Virus record (IMG/VR): IMGVR_UViG_2847556114_000004
Strand: one strand, 5' to 3'
DNA: 34,732 bases
Source: an uncultured virus (IMG/VR IMGVR_UViG_2847556114_000004)
Taxonomy: Duplodnaviria > Heunggongvirae > Uroviricota > Caudoviricetes
The notes below the pieces were generated by a model that worked only from the letters and a program-made list of their open reading frames with translations, made no database searches and was not told where the DNA came from. Below are positions 25,075-34,540 of this stretch, piece by piece; the first letter of the stretch is position 1; every line of letters starts with the position of its first letter. Both the position numbers and the translations under genes were made by a program.

Positions 25075-26478
25075 ATGCCGTCAATTATCCAGGACGCAAT
25101 AACTTCTCTTTTGGGGGGAGATACCAGCGATGACTGGCAGGGGCAGTTACGGCCCAGCTCATTCAGAGGTGTGCCATTTGCAATTGTTGCTGAGGAAGGG
25201 AGCCACGGCCGACGCCAGGCGGTACATGAATATCCCTACCGTGATACAGCCTGGATAGAGGATATCGGGCGGGCAACACGGCGATTTGTTATTCGCGGTT
25301 TCTTGATCCAGAACAGCCAGGTTTACGGCGGCGGCGATGCTATCACACAGCGCCAGTCACTGATTGAAGCCTGTGAACAAAAAGGTAGCGGTACGCTTGT
25401 CCATCCGACACTGGGCGAATTAACGGTTTCCATCCCTGAGAATGGTTTGCGTATTTCCGGTTCGATGGAGAACGGGCGAGTATTTGAATTTACCCTGATG
25501 GCAATTGAATCAGGGCTTAAAGTGTTTGCTGTCACGGGCAGTACCGTTGCAGGCGCCACGGTGAAAACCAACTATTTGAAACTGGTCAGCACTGCTGTGC
25601 TGAGCACGATTGCCAGGGTTAAGAGTGAAATCCGCGGTGTCACACAGGCTATAAACACCATCAGAGGCACGGTCACGTTCTGGACTAACATGGTTGACAG
25701 CACCATCAGTCAGGTCACGAATCTCAGCAATGTCCTGAACTCCACGTTCGGGAATACCCGGTACGGACGTTACAGTAAAGGCTCTGTGGGCGGTAGTTCC
25801 TCTGCTGTTGCTGGCAAATCGTCAGTTGCTGATGTGGATGATGAGAGAGCACTGGCTGACAAGGTAACAGCCCAGTCGGTAATGGACCGGAAAAATGTTA
25901 CCGACAGGTCGAGCCAGCTTAGCAGCTCCAACACACCTGATGAGTTTGTCCAGGGCGTCGCCGACGTGGTAAACGCAATTCTTAACAGCGCCGGCAGCGT
26001 TAATGACCGAATCACAGCGCTGGAAAAACTGGCTAATTCAATCAGCACGGAGTACCAGCAGTCCGACAGCAGCAAAGCGATTTCGGCGACCATGAACACG
26101 CTGATTGTTGTGCTATGTACTGGTGCCATGACCAGTGCCGCTGCGGACTCCAGACCAGCCAGTACAGACGAGGCAGAAGAGTTAACTCAACGAGTTTCTG
26201 TGCAACTTGATACGGCGCTGGTTCTGGCTGGAGACCGCGCGGACGATGATATGTATAACGCGCTTCTCGCCGTCAGATCGGCATTCCTTTCTACGATGAG
26301 TGAGCGTGCTTCTGGTCTGAGCGAGCTTCTGCAGGTTACTACCGCTCAGCCGCTTCCGGCGCTGACGCTGGCAAACCGATTATACCAGGATGCCACCCGT
26401 GCAGATGAACTGGTACAGGAAGCGCGCGTACCGCATCCGGCGTTTATGCCGACAACCATGAAGGTACTGAGGCAATGA
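25075..26478 (+). CDS. DNA circularization protein (Mu gpN-like)
   Basis: LRPSSFRGVPF, HEYPYRD...EDIGR, GTLVHPTLG, C-terminal LA.RLY.D..RA.EL...HPAF. Confidence 0.93.
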   Translation: MPSIIQDAITSLLGGDTSDDWQGQLRPSSFRGVPFAIVAEEGSHGRRQAVHEYPYRDTAWIEDIGRATRRFVIRGFLIQNSQVYGGGDAITQRQSLIEACEQKGSGTLVHPTLGELTVSIPENGLRISGSMENGRVFEFTLMAIESGLKVFAVTGSTVAGATVKTNYLKLVSTAVLSTIARVKSEIRGVTQAINTIRGTVTFWTNMVDSTISQVTNLSNVLNSTFGNTRYGRYSKGSVGGSSSAVAGKSSVADVDDERALADKVTAQSVMDRKNVTDRSSQLSSSNTPDEFVQGVADVVNAILNSAGSVNDRITALEKLANSISTEYQQSDSSKAISATMNTLIVVLCTGAMTSAAADSRPASTDEAEELTQRVSVQLDTALVLAGDRADDDMYNALLAVRSAFLSTMSERASGLSELLQVTTAQPLPALTLANRLYQDATRADELVQEARVPHPAFMPTTMKVLRQ

Positions 26479-27560
26479 ATGCAGACAGCGATCTGGATGT
26501 TGTTTCTTTGACGGTCGACGGCAAAATCATCGAGGGGTGGGATTCTGTCCGGGTAACGCGGGGTATTGAGCGTTTTCCCTCTGATTTCGATCTTGGGCTA
26601 ATGGATTACTTCCCTGGCAACGAAGATCGTCAACTCGTTGAAGAGGGAATGTCTTGTGAAGTTCGTATCGGAGATGATCTGACACTGACGGGATATGTTG
26701 ATGACTGGGAACCCGCACTATCGCGCTCCCGCCATGAGGTCCGCGCCACGGGCAGGAGCAAATGTCAGGACCTGGTGGATTGCTCAGCTGAGTGGCCTAA
26801 CAACGTCATTAATGCCAGTAATGCGCTTGAAATTGCTTCTCGCCTGGCATCCTACTACGGCATCACCGTAACCACGGATGTTGATGAACTTGTGAAGGTA
26901 CCCCAGTTCACTCTGAACTGGGGTGAGTCTCCGCAAGAAGTCATCGATCGGGTGGCCAGATGGTCTGCTCTGCTTTACTACGATCAGCCCGATGGAAACC
27001 TGTTACTGACCCGGGTGGGAACACGTCGTGCGGCGAGTGGGATAGCCGAAGGGGTAAATGTCGAGCAGGCATACTACCGCAAATCGATGGCTGACAGGTT
27101 TTCAGATTATGTCGGTGTATCAATGAGCGTTTCTCCAATTGCAGGGTATTCGCCTGATACGGCCTATGACGCTGTGACTCTGGCAACGGCGAGAGATCCG
27201 GAGGCCGCCCGTATGCGGTACCGAAAACATATATCGATTGTGGAAAGTACCCTGATGGCTACTCAACAGGCACAAAGTGCGATCGACTGGGAAATGAACC
27301 GGCGGTACGGACGTTCAAAACAGCTCTCGGTAACCATCGATTCCTGGCGGGATAAAGACGGGAAACTGTGGGAACCAAACACATTGATCCCCGTTGATCT
27401 TCCCACCTTACGGTTGCCGGAGACTGAATTGCTACTGGCAGAAGTCACCTATATGCGCGATGACTACGGCACCCATGCACGCATGACGCTGATGCCGCCT
27501 GAAGCATTCGCCGTTCAGCCATATGCCTTCTACCAGAACCTGGCGGGATTCAATACATGA
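26475..27560 (+). CDS. Baseplate hub protein (Mu gpP/gp44-like)
   Basis: GWDSVRV, TGYVD, GRSKCQDLVDCS, LWEPN motifs. Confidence 0.92.
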   Translation: MNADSDLDVVSLTVDGKIIEGWDSVRVTRGIERFPSDFDLGLMDYFPGNEDRQLVEEGMSCEVRIGDDLTLTGYVDDWEPALSRSRHEVRATGRSKCQDLVDCSAEWPNNVINASNALEIASRLASYYGITVTTDVDELVKVPQFTLNWGESPQEVIDRVARWSALLYYDQPDGNLLLTRVGTRRAASGIAEGVNVEQAYYRKSMADRFSDYVGVSMSVSPIAGYSPDTAYDAVTLATARDPEAARMRYRKHISIVESTLMATQQAQSAIDWEMNRRYGRSKQLSVTIDSWRDKDGKLWEPNTLIPVDLPTLRLPETELLLAEVTYMRDDYGTHARMTLMPPEAFAVQPYAFYQNLAGFNT

Positions 27561-28141
27561 AGCAACTATTTAAACATGCAGCGACTAGGATCGCCGGCAT
27601 GCTGGGGATTGGCCGGATCACGGCTATGAAAGATGGTGGGGTGGTGCAGTCAATCCAGTACCAGACTCCGCTGGAGGTGGCCAGCGCACCGCGGATGGCT
27701 GAATTTGGTTTTTCATCCGGCCTGCCGTCAGGGACTGACGTGGTTCTGGCTTTTATTGGCGGTGATCGTTCCAGCGCGGTGGTAATTGCGTCCAACCATC
27801 AGGGGTTCCGTCATACAGGCCTGAAAGCGGGCGAAACGGTCATGTATAACCAGTGGGGTCTTAATATTCTCCTGACGGAGAAGGGGATCTTCCTGGATGC
27901 AAAGGGCCAGAATGTTGAGGTCAATAACGCCACTAACGTGACCATCAATGCCAGCCAGGGGATTCTTGCAAATACCCCGATCCTGAGGTGCACGGGTGAC
28001 ATTGTTGATAACTGTGAAACCAATACCCGAACACTGAAAGAGCTGCGGGATGCACATAATGACCATGATCATGTGGTTAAAAATGCCCAGAGTGGCAATG
28101 ACAATATCCGCAGCCAAAAAACAGAGGATCAGGTGACATGA
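27557..28141 (+). CDS. Baseplate spike protein (Mu gp45/gpV-like)
   Basis: FGFSS..P.G, GGDRS, GET.MY, C-terminal HNDHDH metal-binding motif. Confidence 0.92.
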   Translation: MKQLFKHAATRIAGMLGIGRITAMKDGGVVQSIQYQTPLEVASAPRMAEFGFSSGLPSGTDVVLAFIGGDRSSAVVIASNHQGFRHTGLKAGETVMYNQWGLNILLTEKGIFLDAKGQNVEVNNATNVTINASQGILANTPILRCTGDIVDNCETNTRTLKELRDAHNDHDHVVKNAQSGNDNIRSQKTEDQVT

Positions 28142-28575
28142 GTGACATCGCTTCATTCTGGAATGTGGATGAGATGTTTGCTGACTGGCAGAAAGGGCTG
28201 GGCGAACTCACCACGGGGAACGATTTACAGACTGCAATACTGGACAGCCTGTTTACTGACAGGCTGGCGCGCGCTGACGATGATTATGAGGATAGCGATC
28301 GCCGCGGCTGGTGGGGGGATTCTGGGGAGGAATCCCAACTGGGATCCCGGCTGTGGCTGCTACGGCGGAAAAAACTGACCCCGGATGTAGCAAAAAAAGC
28401 GGAGGAATACTCGAGTGAAGCGCTCAACTGGTTAAAGGTTGATGGCGTTGTCAGCGAGGTTATTCCTGTTGCCAGGATCGTCCTGCCTGACCGGCTCAAT
28501 CTCATTATCCGCTATCAGGCACCGGGGAAGGACTGGCAGGAATTCAGGTTTTACTGGATATGGGAGCAACGTTAA
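28138..28575 (+). CDS. Baseplate protein (Mu gp46-like)
   Basis: LQTAILDSLFTDR, RGWWGD, GSRLWLL motifs. Confidence 0.92.
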   Translation: MSDIASFWNVDEMFADWQKGLGELTTGNDLQTAILDSLFTDRLARADDDYEDSDRRGWWGDSGEESQLGSRLWLLRRKKLTPDVAKKAEEYSSEALNWLKVDGVVSEVIPVARIVLPDRLNLIIRYQAPGKDWQEFRFYWIWEQR

Positions 28576-28576
28576 T

Positions 28577-29719
28577 ATGCCGTTTAAACGACCGACGCTG
28601 AGCGAACTCCGCGACGGAAACCGGAAATTTATGCAGGCGGAGCTTGAGGATGTTGGTGCGCTCCTGCGCTTCGCGAACCTGAAGGTACTGGCTGACATGG
28701 ATGCGGGGATGGGGCATCTGCATTACGCCTACCTTGACTATATTGCCCTGCAGACAAACCCGTTTACCTCTACCGATGAGTATCTCGCCGGGTGGATGGC
28801 CCTTAAGCAGGTATTCAGAAAACCAGCTGCAGCGGCGAAGTCGCCTGCGGTACAGGCTAGTGGCAGTGTTGACAGTATTATCCCTGTTGGCTCGATCATT
28901 AACCGCGGGGACGGATACCAGTACCGGACGGATGCAGATCTTAAAATTCAGGCAGATGGATTTGGTATCGTCGCGGTGACGGCCATCCTGCCGGATATTA
29001 CCAGTGATGTAACGGGTGGAGGCGCGCGCGGTAACGCTGATGCCGGGACCATAATGACCCTGGACGCGAATATTGCTGGCGTGGATCCACAGGTAACGTT
29101 ACTGTCCGCTGCGACCGGCGGAGCCGATATTGAAACGGAAGAGGACTTTCGCAGTCGTGGCTTGCTGGCATGGCAGAATCCGCCTCAGGGTGGAAGCGAC
29201 GCCGATTATAAAAAATGGGCGCTTGAGGTTTCGGGCGTCACCCGCGCGTGGGTAAAGCGGCGTCTGAACGGGGCCGGGACCGTTGGCGTGTATATCATGT
29301 GTGATCGGAATGACAATGGTGGGTTTCCGGTCGGTACCGATGGAATATCCCAACTTGAGGACTGGGGGGCTGTTAAAGCCACCGGAGACCAGCTCGCTGT
29401 CGCCGACCACATCTATCCGCAGCAGACAGACACTGCCATTGTTTTCGTATGTTCCCCGATCAAGAAAGTCATCAATATTGAAATCTCTGGTATCAAAAAT
29501 GCCGACAGCACCACAGTTCAGGGTATAAAAGACGCGCTGACGGCGCTGTTTTTTGATGAGGCTAACCCTGATGGTTCCGGGAAAGTTTACCTCTCTGATA
29601 TTAACGGGAGTATCGGCGGTGTTAGTGGCACGACGGGCTATATCCTTAACTCTCCGATGGCCAATATCACCTTTGCTGTTGGCGAAATTCCGGTGCTTGG
29701 CGGGGTGAATTTTGTATGA
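28577..29719 (+). CDS. Baseplate J-like protein (Mu gp47)
   Basis: MPFKRPTL start, GGADIE, PQGGSDADY..WA..V.GVTRAW motifs. Confidence 0.93.
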   Translation: MPFKRPTLSELRDGNRKFMQAELEDVGALLRFANLKVLADMDAGMGHLHYAYLDYIALQTNPFTSTDEYLAGWMALKQVFRKPAAAAKSPAVQASGSVDSIIPVGSIINRGDGYQYRTDADLKIQADGFGIVAVTAILPDITSDVTGGGARGNADAGTIMTLDANIAGVDPQVTLLSAATGGADIETEEDFRSRGLLAWQNPPQGGSDADYKKWALEVSGVTRAWVKRRLNGAGTVGVYIMCDRNDNGGFPVGTDGISQLEDWGAVKATGDQLAVADHIYPQQTDTAIVFVCSPIKKVINIEISGIKNADSTTVQGIKDALTALFFDEANPDGSGKVYLSDINGSIGGVSGTTGYILNSPMANITFAVGEIPVLGGVNFV

Positions 29720-30309
29720 GCCTCTTTTCAAAAAATGATTATGCCGGTGCGCTTGGCGCGTTGCTGCCGACGGGCAGGGCGTGGCCCAGATCGCAAAAAA
29801 CGGTACAGGCTGCGGTATTACGGGCACTGGGCAGCGCGTTTCAGCGTTCTGACAACGATGCGCAAAGCCTGATTACTGGTGCTTTTCCCCCTACAGCGAC
29901 GGTAATGTTGTCAGAATGGGAAAGCTCTCTGGGGTTACCAGATGATTGTGCGATTGGTGAATCCGGTGGCGTCAGCGATCGCCAGCGCGCCGTGGTGGCA
30001 AAGTTAATCAGCACCGGCGGCCTGAACCGCGATTATTACATCCGGGTGGCTGCAGCTCTTGGTTATACCATCACTATCACACAGTTCCGGCCCGCTATGA
30101 GTGGCATGTCAGTATGCGGTGATGCGCTTAACGGTGACGAGTGGCCATTTACCTGGCGGATAAATGCGCCACAAACAACGATCAAGTATTCGCTTGCTGG
30201 CGCGTCCTACTGCGGAGATCCGCTCGCATCGTGGGGCAATAAACAACTGGAGTGTTCAATCAACAAAATTGCCCCATCCCATCTGAACATCATTTTCAAT
30301 TATTCATAA
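29716..30309 (+). CDS. Baseplate wedge protein (Mu gp48 / YmfQ / DUF2313)
   Basis: LLPTGRAW, EWE..LGLPD.C, LEC.I.K.APSH motifs. Confidence 0.9.
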   Translation: MSLFSKNDYAGALGALLPTGRAWPRSQKTVQAAVLRALGSAFQRSDNDAQSLITGAFPPTATVMLSEWESSLGLPDDCAIGESGGVSDRQRAVVAKLISTGGLNRDYYIRVAAALGYTITITQFRPAMSGMSVCGDALNGDEWPFTWRINAPQTTIKYSLAGASYCGDPLASWGNKQLECSINKIAPSHLNIIFNYS

Positions 30310-30360
30310 CTGATATTTCCCCCTCTGATTTTATCGCTTAACACTAAGTGAGGATTAACT

Positions 30361-31347
30361 ATGCTCCGAATCGGGCAAGTCGAAGCCACTGCAACGCAGG
30401 ATGGCAAATATACTGATGGAAGTGTTGCTGGTGGTATTGCCGCAACGAGGCTGCGGGCAGCAGCGTTTAACGCCACGCAGGAAGAGTTAGCGCATATCGT
30501 AGAGTCAGCAGGATTGGCGCTCGACATTAACGATATGACTCAGGTTTTAAAAGCCATTCAAAAACTCACACTGAGCCGTGCTAACCCATTTGCTGACATT
30601 AAAGCGGATGGTGCAGGGGCAGTGTCAACAGCTCTAGCAAATCTTGGTTTGTCTTCATTCGCTGATAAAGCTGCGGAAACCAAGCAGACATTTTCTTACA
30701 CAGTGCAGGCAAAATATGGTTATGAAGTATTAAGCGCCGCAGGAGAGATTGTTGCAGCGCTTTATGCTGATAACCGTTCGGCGTATTTGCACTCGGTGTC
30801 AGGAAAACCGGTAACCATCCCAGATAAAGCTGGCACGATGGCTCTTGTTGATGACCTCAAGGCGGGCCTGCCTCCAATCGGAATCCCCTTTTTCTGGCCG
30901 CAGGCTGCGATGCCAAATACGGTTGTGGATGAGTGGAGCCAGATGGTGTTTTTGAAAATGAACGACACCACGTTTTCAGCTACGCAATATCCGATCCTCG
31001 CCAAAGTGTGGCCCGGTCTGAAATTAACTGACTCCCGTGGTGAGTTCATTCGTATAAACGATGATGGACGCGGTATAGACGCAGGGAGAGCGCTACTGTC
31101 CGCGCAGGGTGATGCGATACGTAATATCACAGGCGGTCTGGGGTTTGTTCCGATGGTCGGGAATGTAGATGTATATGGTGCGTTTACAGTCGGAGGATCG
31201 CAAAATATTGTAAATCTGGGCGTTGACGGAAACCCTACTACGATTGCGCAATCCATGTATTTTGAGGCCGCAAAATCGGGCGTACCTGTAGCGGCAGAAA
31301 ACAGACCGCGCAATATCACATTTAACCTGGTCGTGAGGGCGAAATAA
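30361..31347 (+). CDS. Tail fibre protein with collar domain
   Basis: FNATQEEL, LSRANPFADIK...ALANLGL, PIGIPFFWP...DSRGEFIR...Q.DAIRNITG...ENRPRNI. Confidence 0.9.
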   Translation: MLRIGQVEATATQDGKYTDGSVAGGIAATRLRAAAFNATQEELAHIVESAGLALDINDMTQVLKAIQKLTLSRANPFADIKADGAGAVSTALANLGLSSFADKAAETKQTFSYTVQAKYGYEVLSAAGEIVAALYADNRSAYLHSVSGKPVTIPDKAGTMALVDDLKAGLPPIGIPFFWPQAAMPNTVVDEWSQMVFLKMNDTTFSATQYPILAKVWPGLKLTDSRGEFIRINDDGRGIDAGRALLSAQGDAIRNITGGLGFVPMVGNVDVYGAFTVGGSQNIVNLGVDGNPTTIAQSMYFEAAKSGVPVAAENRPRNITFNLVVRAK

Positions 31348-31928
31348 TGATCCAAGTTTTTGATGAAAATGGACTGGCAACTGAGTCGGGTGAAATTCGT
31401 TGTTTTTATTACACCGCTGATACCGGGGAGTATATGGGCTGGTCTGACGAATTTATCAACGTCGGCGTCAGTCTGCCTGGTAATTCCACCACGTTGGACC
31501 CAGGAGATTGTGCTGTTGGTCAGGTTTCAGTGTTCGTGAATGGGGCGTGGTCCCGACAGGAGGACAATCGCGGCACTCTCGTGTATTCAACACTAGACGG
31601 AGGCGAGCTAACGGTAGATTACATTGGAAAAATTAAAGACGGATTCGTTGCCGTTGCGCCAGCTACTCAGTTTGACAGTTGGAATGGCTCGGCGTGGGTT
31701 ACTGACGAAGTAGCACAGCACGCAGCGAGGGTGTTAGCGACAGAGAATAAACGGCAGTCACTGATAACGGCGGCGCATCAATCCGTCAGTCTGCTGCAAC
31801 TGAAGCTGCAAGCTGGGCGTAAATTGTCAGATGCTGAAACAGCAAGGCTCAACGAAACGCTGGACTATATCGAGGACCTGGAAGCCGTTGATGACGAAAA
31901 TCCTGTATGGCCAGAGAAGCCAGAATAG
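31347..31928 (+). CDS. Tail fibre assembly chaperone (Tfa)
   Basis: GVSLPGNST, EDNRG..VY, FDSWNG..WV, C-terminal WPEKPE. Confidence 0.9.
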   Translation: MIQVFDENGLATESGEIRCFYYTADTGEYMGWSDEFINVGVSLPGNSTTLDPGDCAVGQVSVFVNGAWSRQEDNRGTLVYSTLDGGELTVDYIGKIKDGFVAVAPATQFDSWNGSAWVTDEVAQHAARVLATENKRQSLITAAHQSVSLLQLKLQAGRKLSDAETARLNETLDYIEDLEAVDDENPVWPEKPE

Positions 31929-32197
31929 GAACCTTTGATGGAATGGGCGCGTGCAGTCATATTGGTTGTGTTAGCTCGGCCCACTGATTTTTCATATTGC
32001 CGATGGCATGCGTAACGGTGTGCCATAGAAATTTCTGTTCTGGAGTTTTGATCCCGAAGATTTCCCGACGGTGCCACGAAACCAATGGCAACTGATTGAT
32101 CTTGAATGGGTGCAATAGTAAGTATCAGGAGGCGTTTTTTAGTGGGTTTTTGGTGTTAACTTACTGAAGTATATGGATTATTACGGTTTGAGTTTTA

Positions 32198-32225
32198 ACA
32201 GGAATCGTATTCGGTCTCTTTTTAT
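32198..32225 (+). other. att core (prophage right junction): duplicated 3' end of SdsR/RyeB sRNA
   Basis: ACAGGAATCGTATTCGGTCTCTTTTTAT matches the SdsR terminator loop and 3' arm, without the 5' arm GACCGAATAC. pphA/yebW, the normal sdsR neighbours, are downstream. Confidence 0.85.
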
Positions 32226-32545
32226 GCGGATTTCATTTCAATAAGTTAGAACGTCATGTCCAAAAATTTCCGAAATTTGTCCACATATCCGTATTTGGGA
32301 TTGCTTCGTTATACCACACAGTTTTTAACATTCACAGTGTATTTGCAGAGAAAAAGAACAGGGCTGGGCGCTGTTTTTCCTCGTATCCAGGAGTGTGCAT
32401 GACGTATGTGTCAGTGTTTTCAGTGGGTTCTTGTTCCCTCAGACGTTTGGACTCGCTTGTACCGATAGCGGTATACTTCTTCATCAATAGGTGAAGTTCT
32501 CACCACTGACTCGGGACTTAGACTCACAGTAAAGAGACAGAAGAA

Positions 32546-33825
32546 ATGGATAAGTTTAAAGAATGGCTGGTGATGGAAATTGGTAATGCAGACGATCTCT
32601 CTTCCTCATTGAATCTATACACTAATGTCTATCAGTTAATACCTGAATATAAATTTGTATTTTCGTCTCCTAAAGGTCCATATCCGGGCTTTCAAACTAA
32701 CAAAAAGTTCGAAAACGGAGCATCTATTCGTTCTTTATTCAATGATGAAAACGTGTTCGTCATGGATCCTCAAACGATAGAAGAAATGTTTAGTGATAAA
32801 CGCTGCTCTACTTTTAAAATAGACTACTCAATATCCCTTGATAGCCAGGCAATAAGCTATTTGCGGCCTTATATTAACGGAAAGGTCTCAGGTTTAGATG
32901 ATGACATTGAAGAAATATTCAATTTTATTTCCCATAAAAATACTCAGGTAGATTCTGTATTGTATGAACTGGAGAATCTTAAAAATTTAGATGTAAAAGA
33001 AAACCATCATAAAATATTTGATAAATTGTTAGGTTACGAGTTTATAAAGGATGTAGATTTCATCAAAACGGGAAATACCGGGAAATTGACATCAAAAATA
33101 TCACAAAGTGAGCTTTTTCTTAAAACTGACAGGCATTTTAATTCTATGCTTGCTAAACACAAGGATTCTGAGTTCAGGCGTGCGCTACGAAATCGACATG
33201 ATAGTATATACGCTTACCTTCTTATGATGAGTATCATCCAAATCAAATCACCCGCCAGATCGCTAAAGAATAAACTTATCGATCTGTTAATTTTTGCACA
33301 CAACAAAGTCGGTTTTCTGGCCACAAGAGAGCTGATTCTTGCAAGTGAGTTCTTTAAAAGAGGAACTCAATTTAGATTTTTTAACAAGATACTTAAAAAT
33401 CAAAAAATATGTGGCCAGCTTTACATGGGATGGCATGGGACCTTACTCATTGCAGATATTTAGAACAAGCTATTACCTTCAATACCGGAAATGACCAACG
33501 GTATTTTTTCCCTGGAATTTTAAGCTGTGATAAAGGATTTATTGAAGCTATGGAGCTGACACCATTAAAGGCCGTTGCATTTAATACCCAGGGTGGGCCG
33601 CCACTGCTCTTTTACCATGATAATGACGTGAAAAAAATCACAGCAGACATACCTGAGGTTATTGATTTTTATAAAAAAATAACTAGCAAACATAAAAGAG
33701 AAGAAAGAGCCAGCACGCGAAATGCACCCACTTATGACCTGCAATCTATTGTTACAGAACTGGAAGAAGAGCTGGAAGCTGTTGCCCAGGTGCCTGTTAG
33801 GCGGGCTGATCACATAGGGTCGTGA
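32546..33825 (+). pseudogene. AT-rich horizontally acquired gene (~426 codons), split by a 1-nt frameshift; PIN-like acidic motifs
   Basis: ORFs 32546-33463 and 33409-33825 overlap in -1 register across A-runs at ~33395-33407 (CTTAAAAATCAAAAAATATG). The fused reading gives FFNKILK.SKNMWPALHGMAWDLTH. Confidence 0.65.
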
Positions 33826-33898
33826 CACCAGCATCGTTCGGAATTTTGCTGCTATGGTTTAATTAAGTGAAGGGTAATATTTGTATGCAGGAGGTCAA

Positions 33899-34540
33899 AT
33901 GGGACAGCCTGACAAAATCTACCAGCGGATCGTAGCAACAAACTGGCGACACGTCTGGGTCGTTGGGGATCTCCACGGTTGCTTCTCTTTATTGATGGCA
34001 AAACTGCGTCAGTGCCATTTTGATCCCTGGCAGGATCTGTTGGTTTCAGTGGGCGATGTTATCGACCGTGGCCCTGACAGTCTCCGTTGCCTGCGCCTGA
34101 TGCGTAAAAGCTGGATTGTGGCAGTCAGGGGCAATCATGAGCAGATGGCGTTGGATGCACTGGCGACGGGGGAGCAACTGTCGTGGTTTATGAACGGCGG
34201 CGCGTGGTTTGCTCACGCGGATCAGCCCGCGGCGAGGTTAGCACTGGAAGCGTGCCGAAAGTTACCCTGGATTCTGGAACTACGCTGCCGGAGTGGTATA
34301 CACGTTGTTGCTCATGCTGATTACCCGGATGATGATTACCAGTGGCAAAAAGAGGTCGATTTACAGCGGGTACTGTGGGATCGTGCGCGGTTGATGAACA
34401 ATGGTAACGGCATACGCGGCGCGGATCACTTTTGGTTTGGCCATACGCCGCTGCGGCATCGGTTGGATCGCGACAATCTGCACTATATTGATACCGGTGC
34501 GGTATTTGGCGGCGAATTAACGCTGGTGCAACTGCAATAA
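33899..34540 (+). CDS. pphA: Serine/threonine protein phosphatase 1
   Basis: GDLHG, VGDVIDRG, RGNHE, GHTP, IDTG metallophosphoesterase motifs; GGAGG RBS; convergent with yebW. Confidence 0.93.
   Translation: MGQPDKIYQRIVATNWRHVWVVGDLHGCFSLLMAKLRQCHFDPWQDLLVSVGDVIDRGPDSLRCLRLMRKSWIVAVRGNHEQMALDALATGEQLSWFMNGGAWFAHADQPAARLALEACRKLPWILELRCRSGIHVVAHADYPDDDYQWQKEVDLQRVLWDRARLMNNGNGIRGADHFWFGHTPLRHRLDRDNLHYIDTGAVFGGELTLVQLQ

Larger units (their letters stand above)
1..32225 (+). mobile_element. Prophage (right part; lambdoid early/late control and lambda-like head with Mu-like contractile tail), integrated at the sdsR/ryeB locus
   Basis: Continuous co-oriented replication, nin, Q, lysis, terminase, head, tail and fibre genes ending at an sdsR-3'-like att core, with pphA/yebW downstream. 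The left end, integrase and repressor are outside the window. Confidence 0.95.

Noticed and set aside
29099..29827. 242-aa antisense ORF (and similar antisense ORFs such as 30762-31355, 18821-19312, 14378-14821)
   Set aside because: Shadow frames of well-supported structural genes, with no recognisable motifs.
30361..32197. Tail-fibre inversion system or diversity-generating retroelement
   Set aside because: No invertase, inverted fibre copy, reverse transcriptase or template/variable repeat pair is visible.
32198..32225. Intact SdsR/RyeB sRNA gene
   Set aside because: Only the terminator loop and 3' arm are present; the upstream sequence is phage-like, so this is the att duplicate.
33385..33415. 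Programmed ribosomal frameshift joining the two islet ORFs
   Set aside because: No canonical X XXY YYZ heptamer in the right frame, and the A-runs (5 and 6) are short for transcriptional slippage. A 1-nt deletion or sequencing error is more likely.
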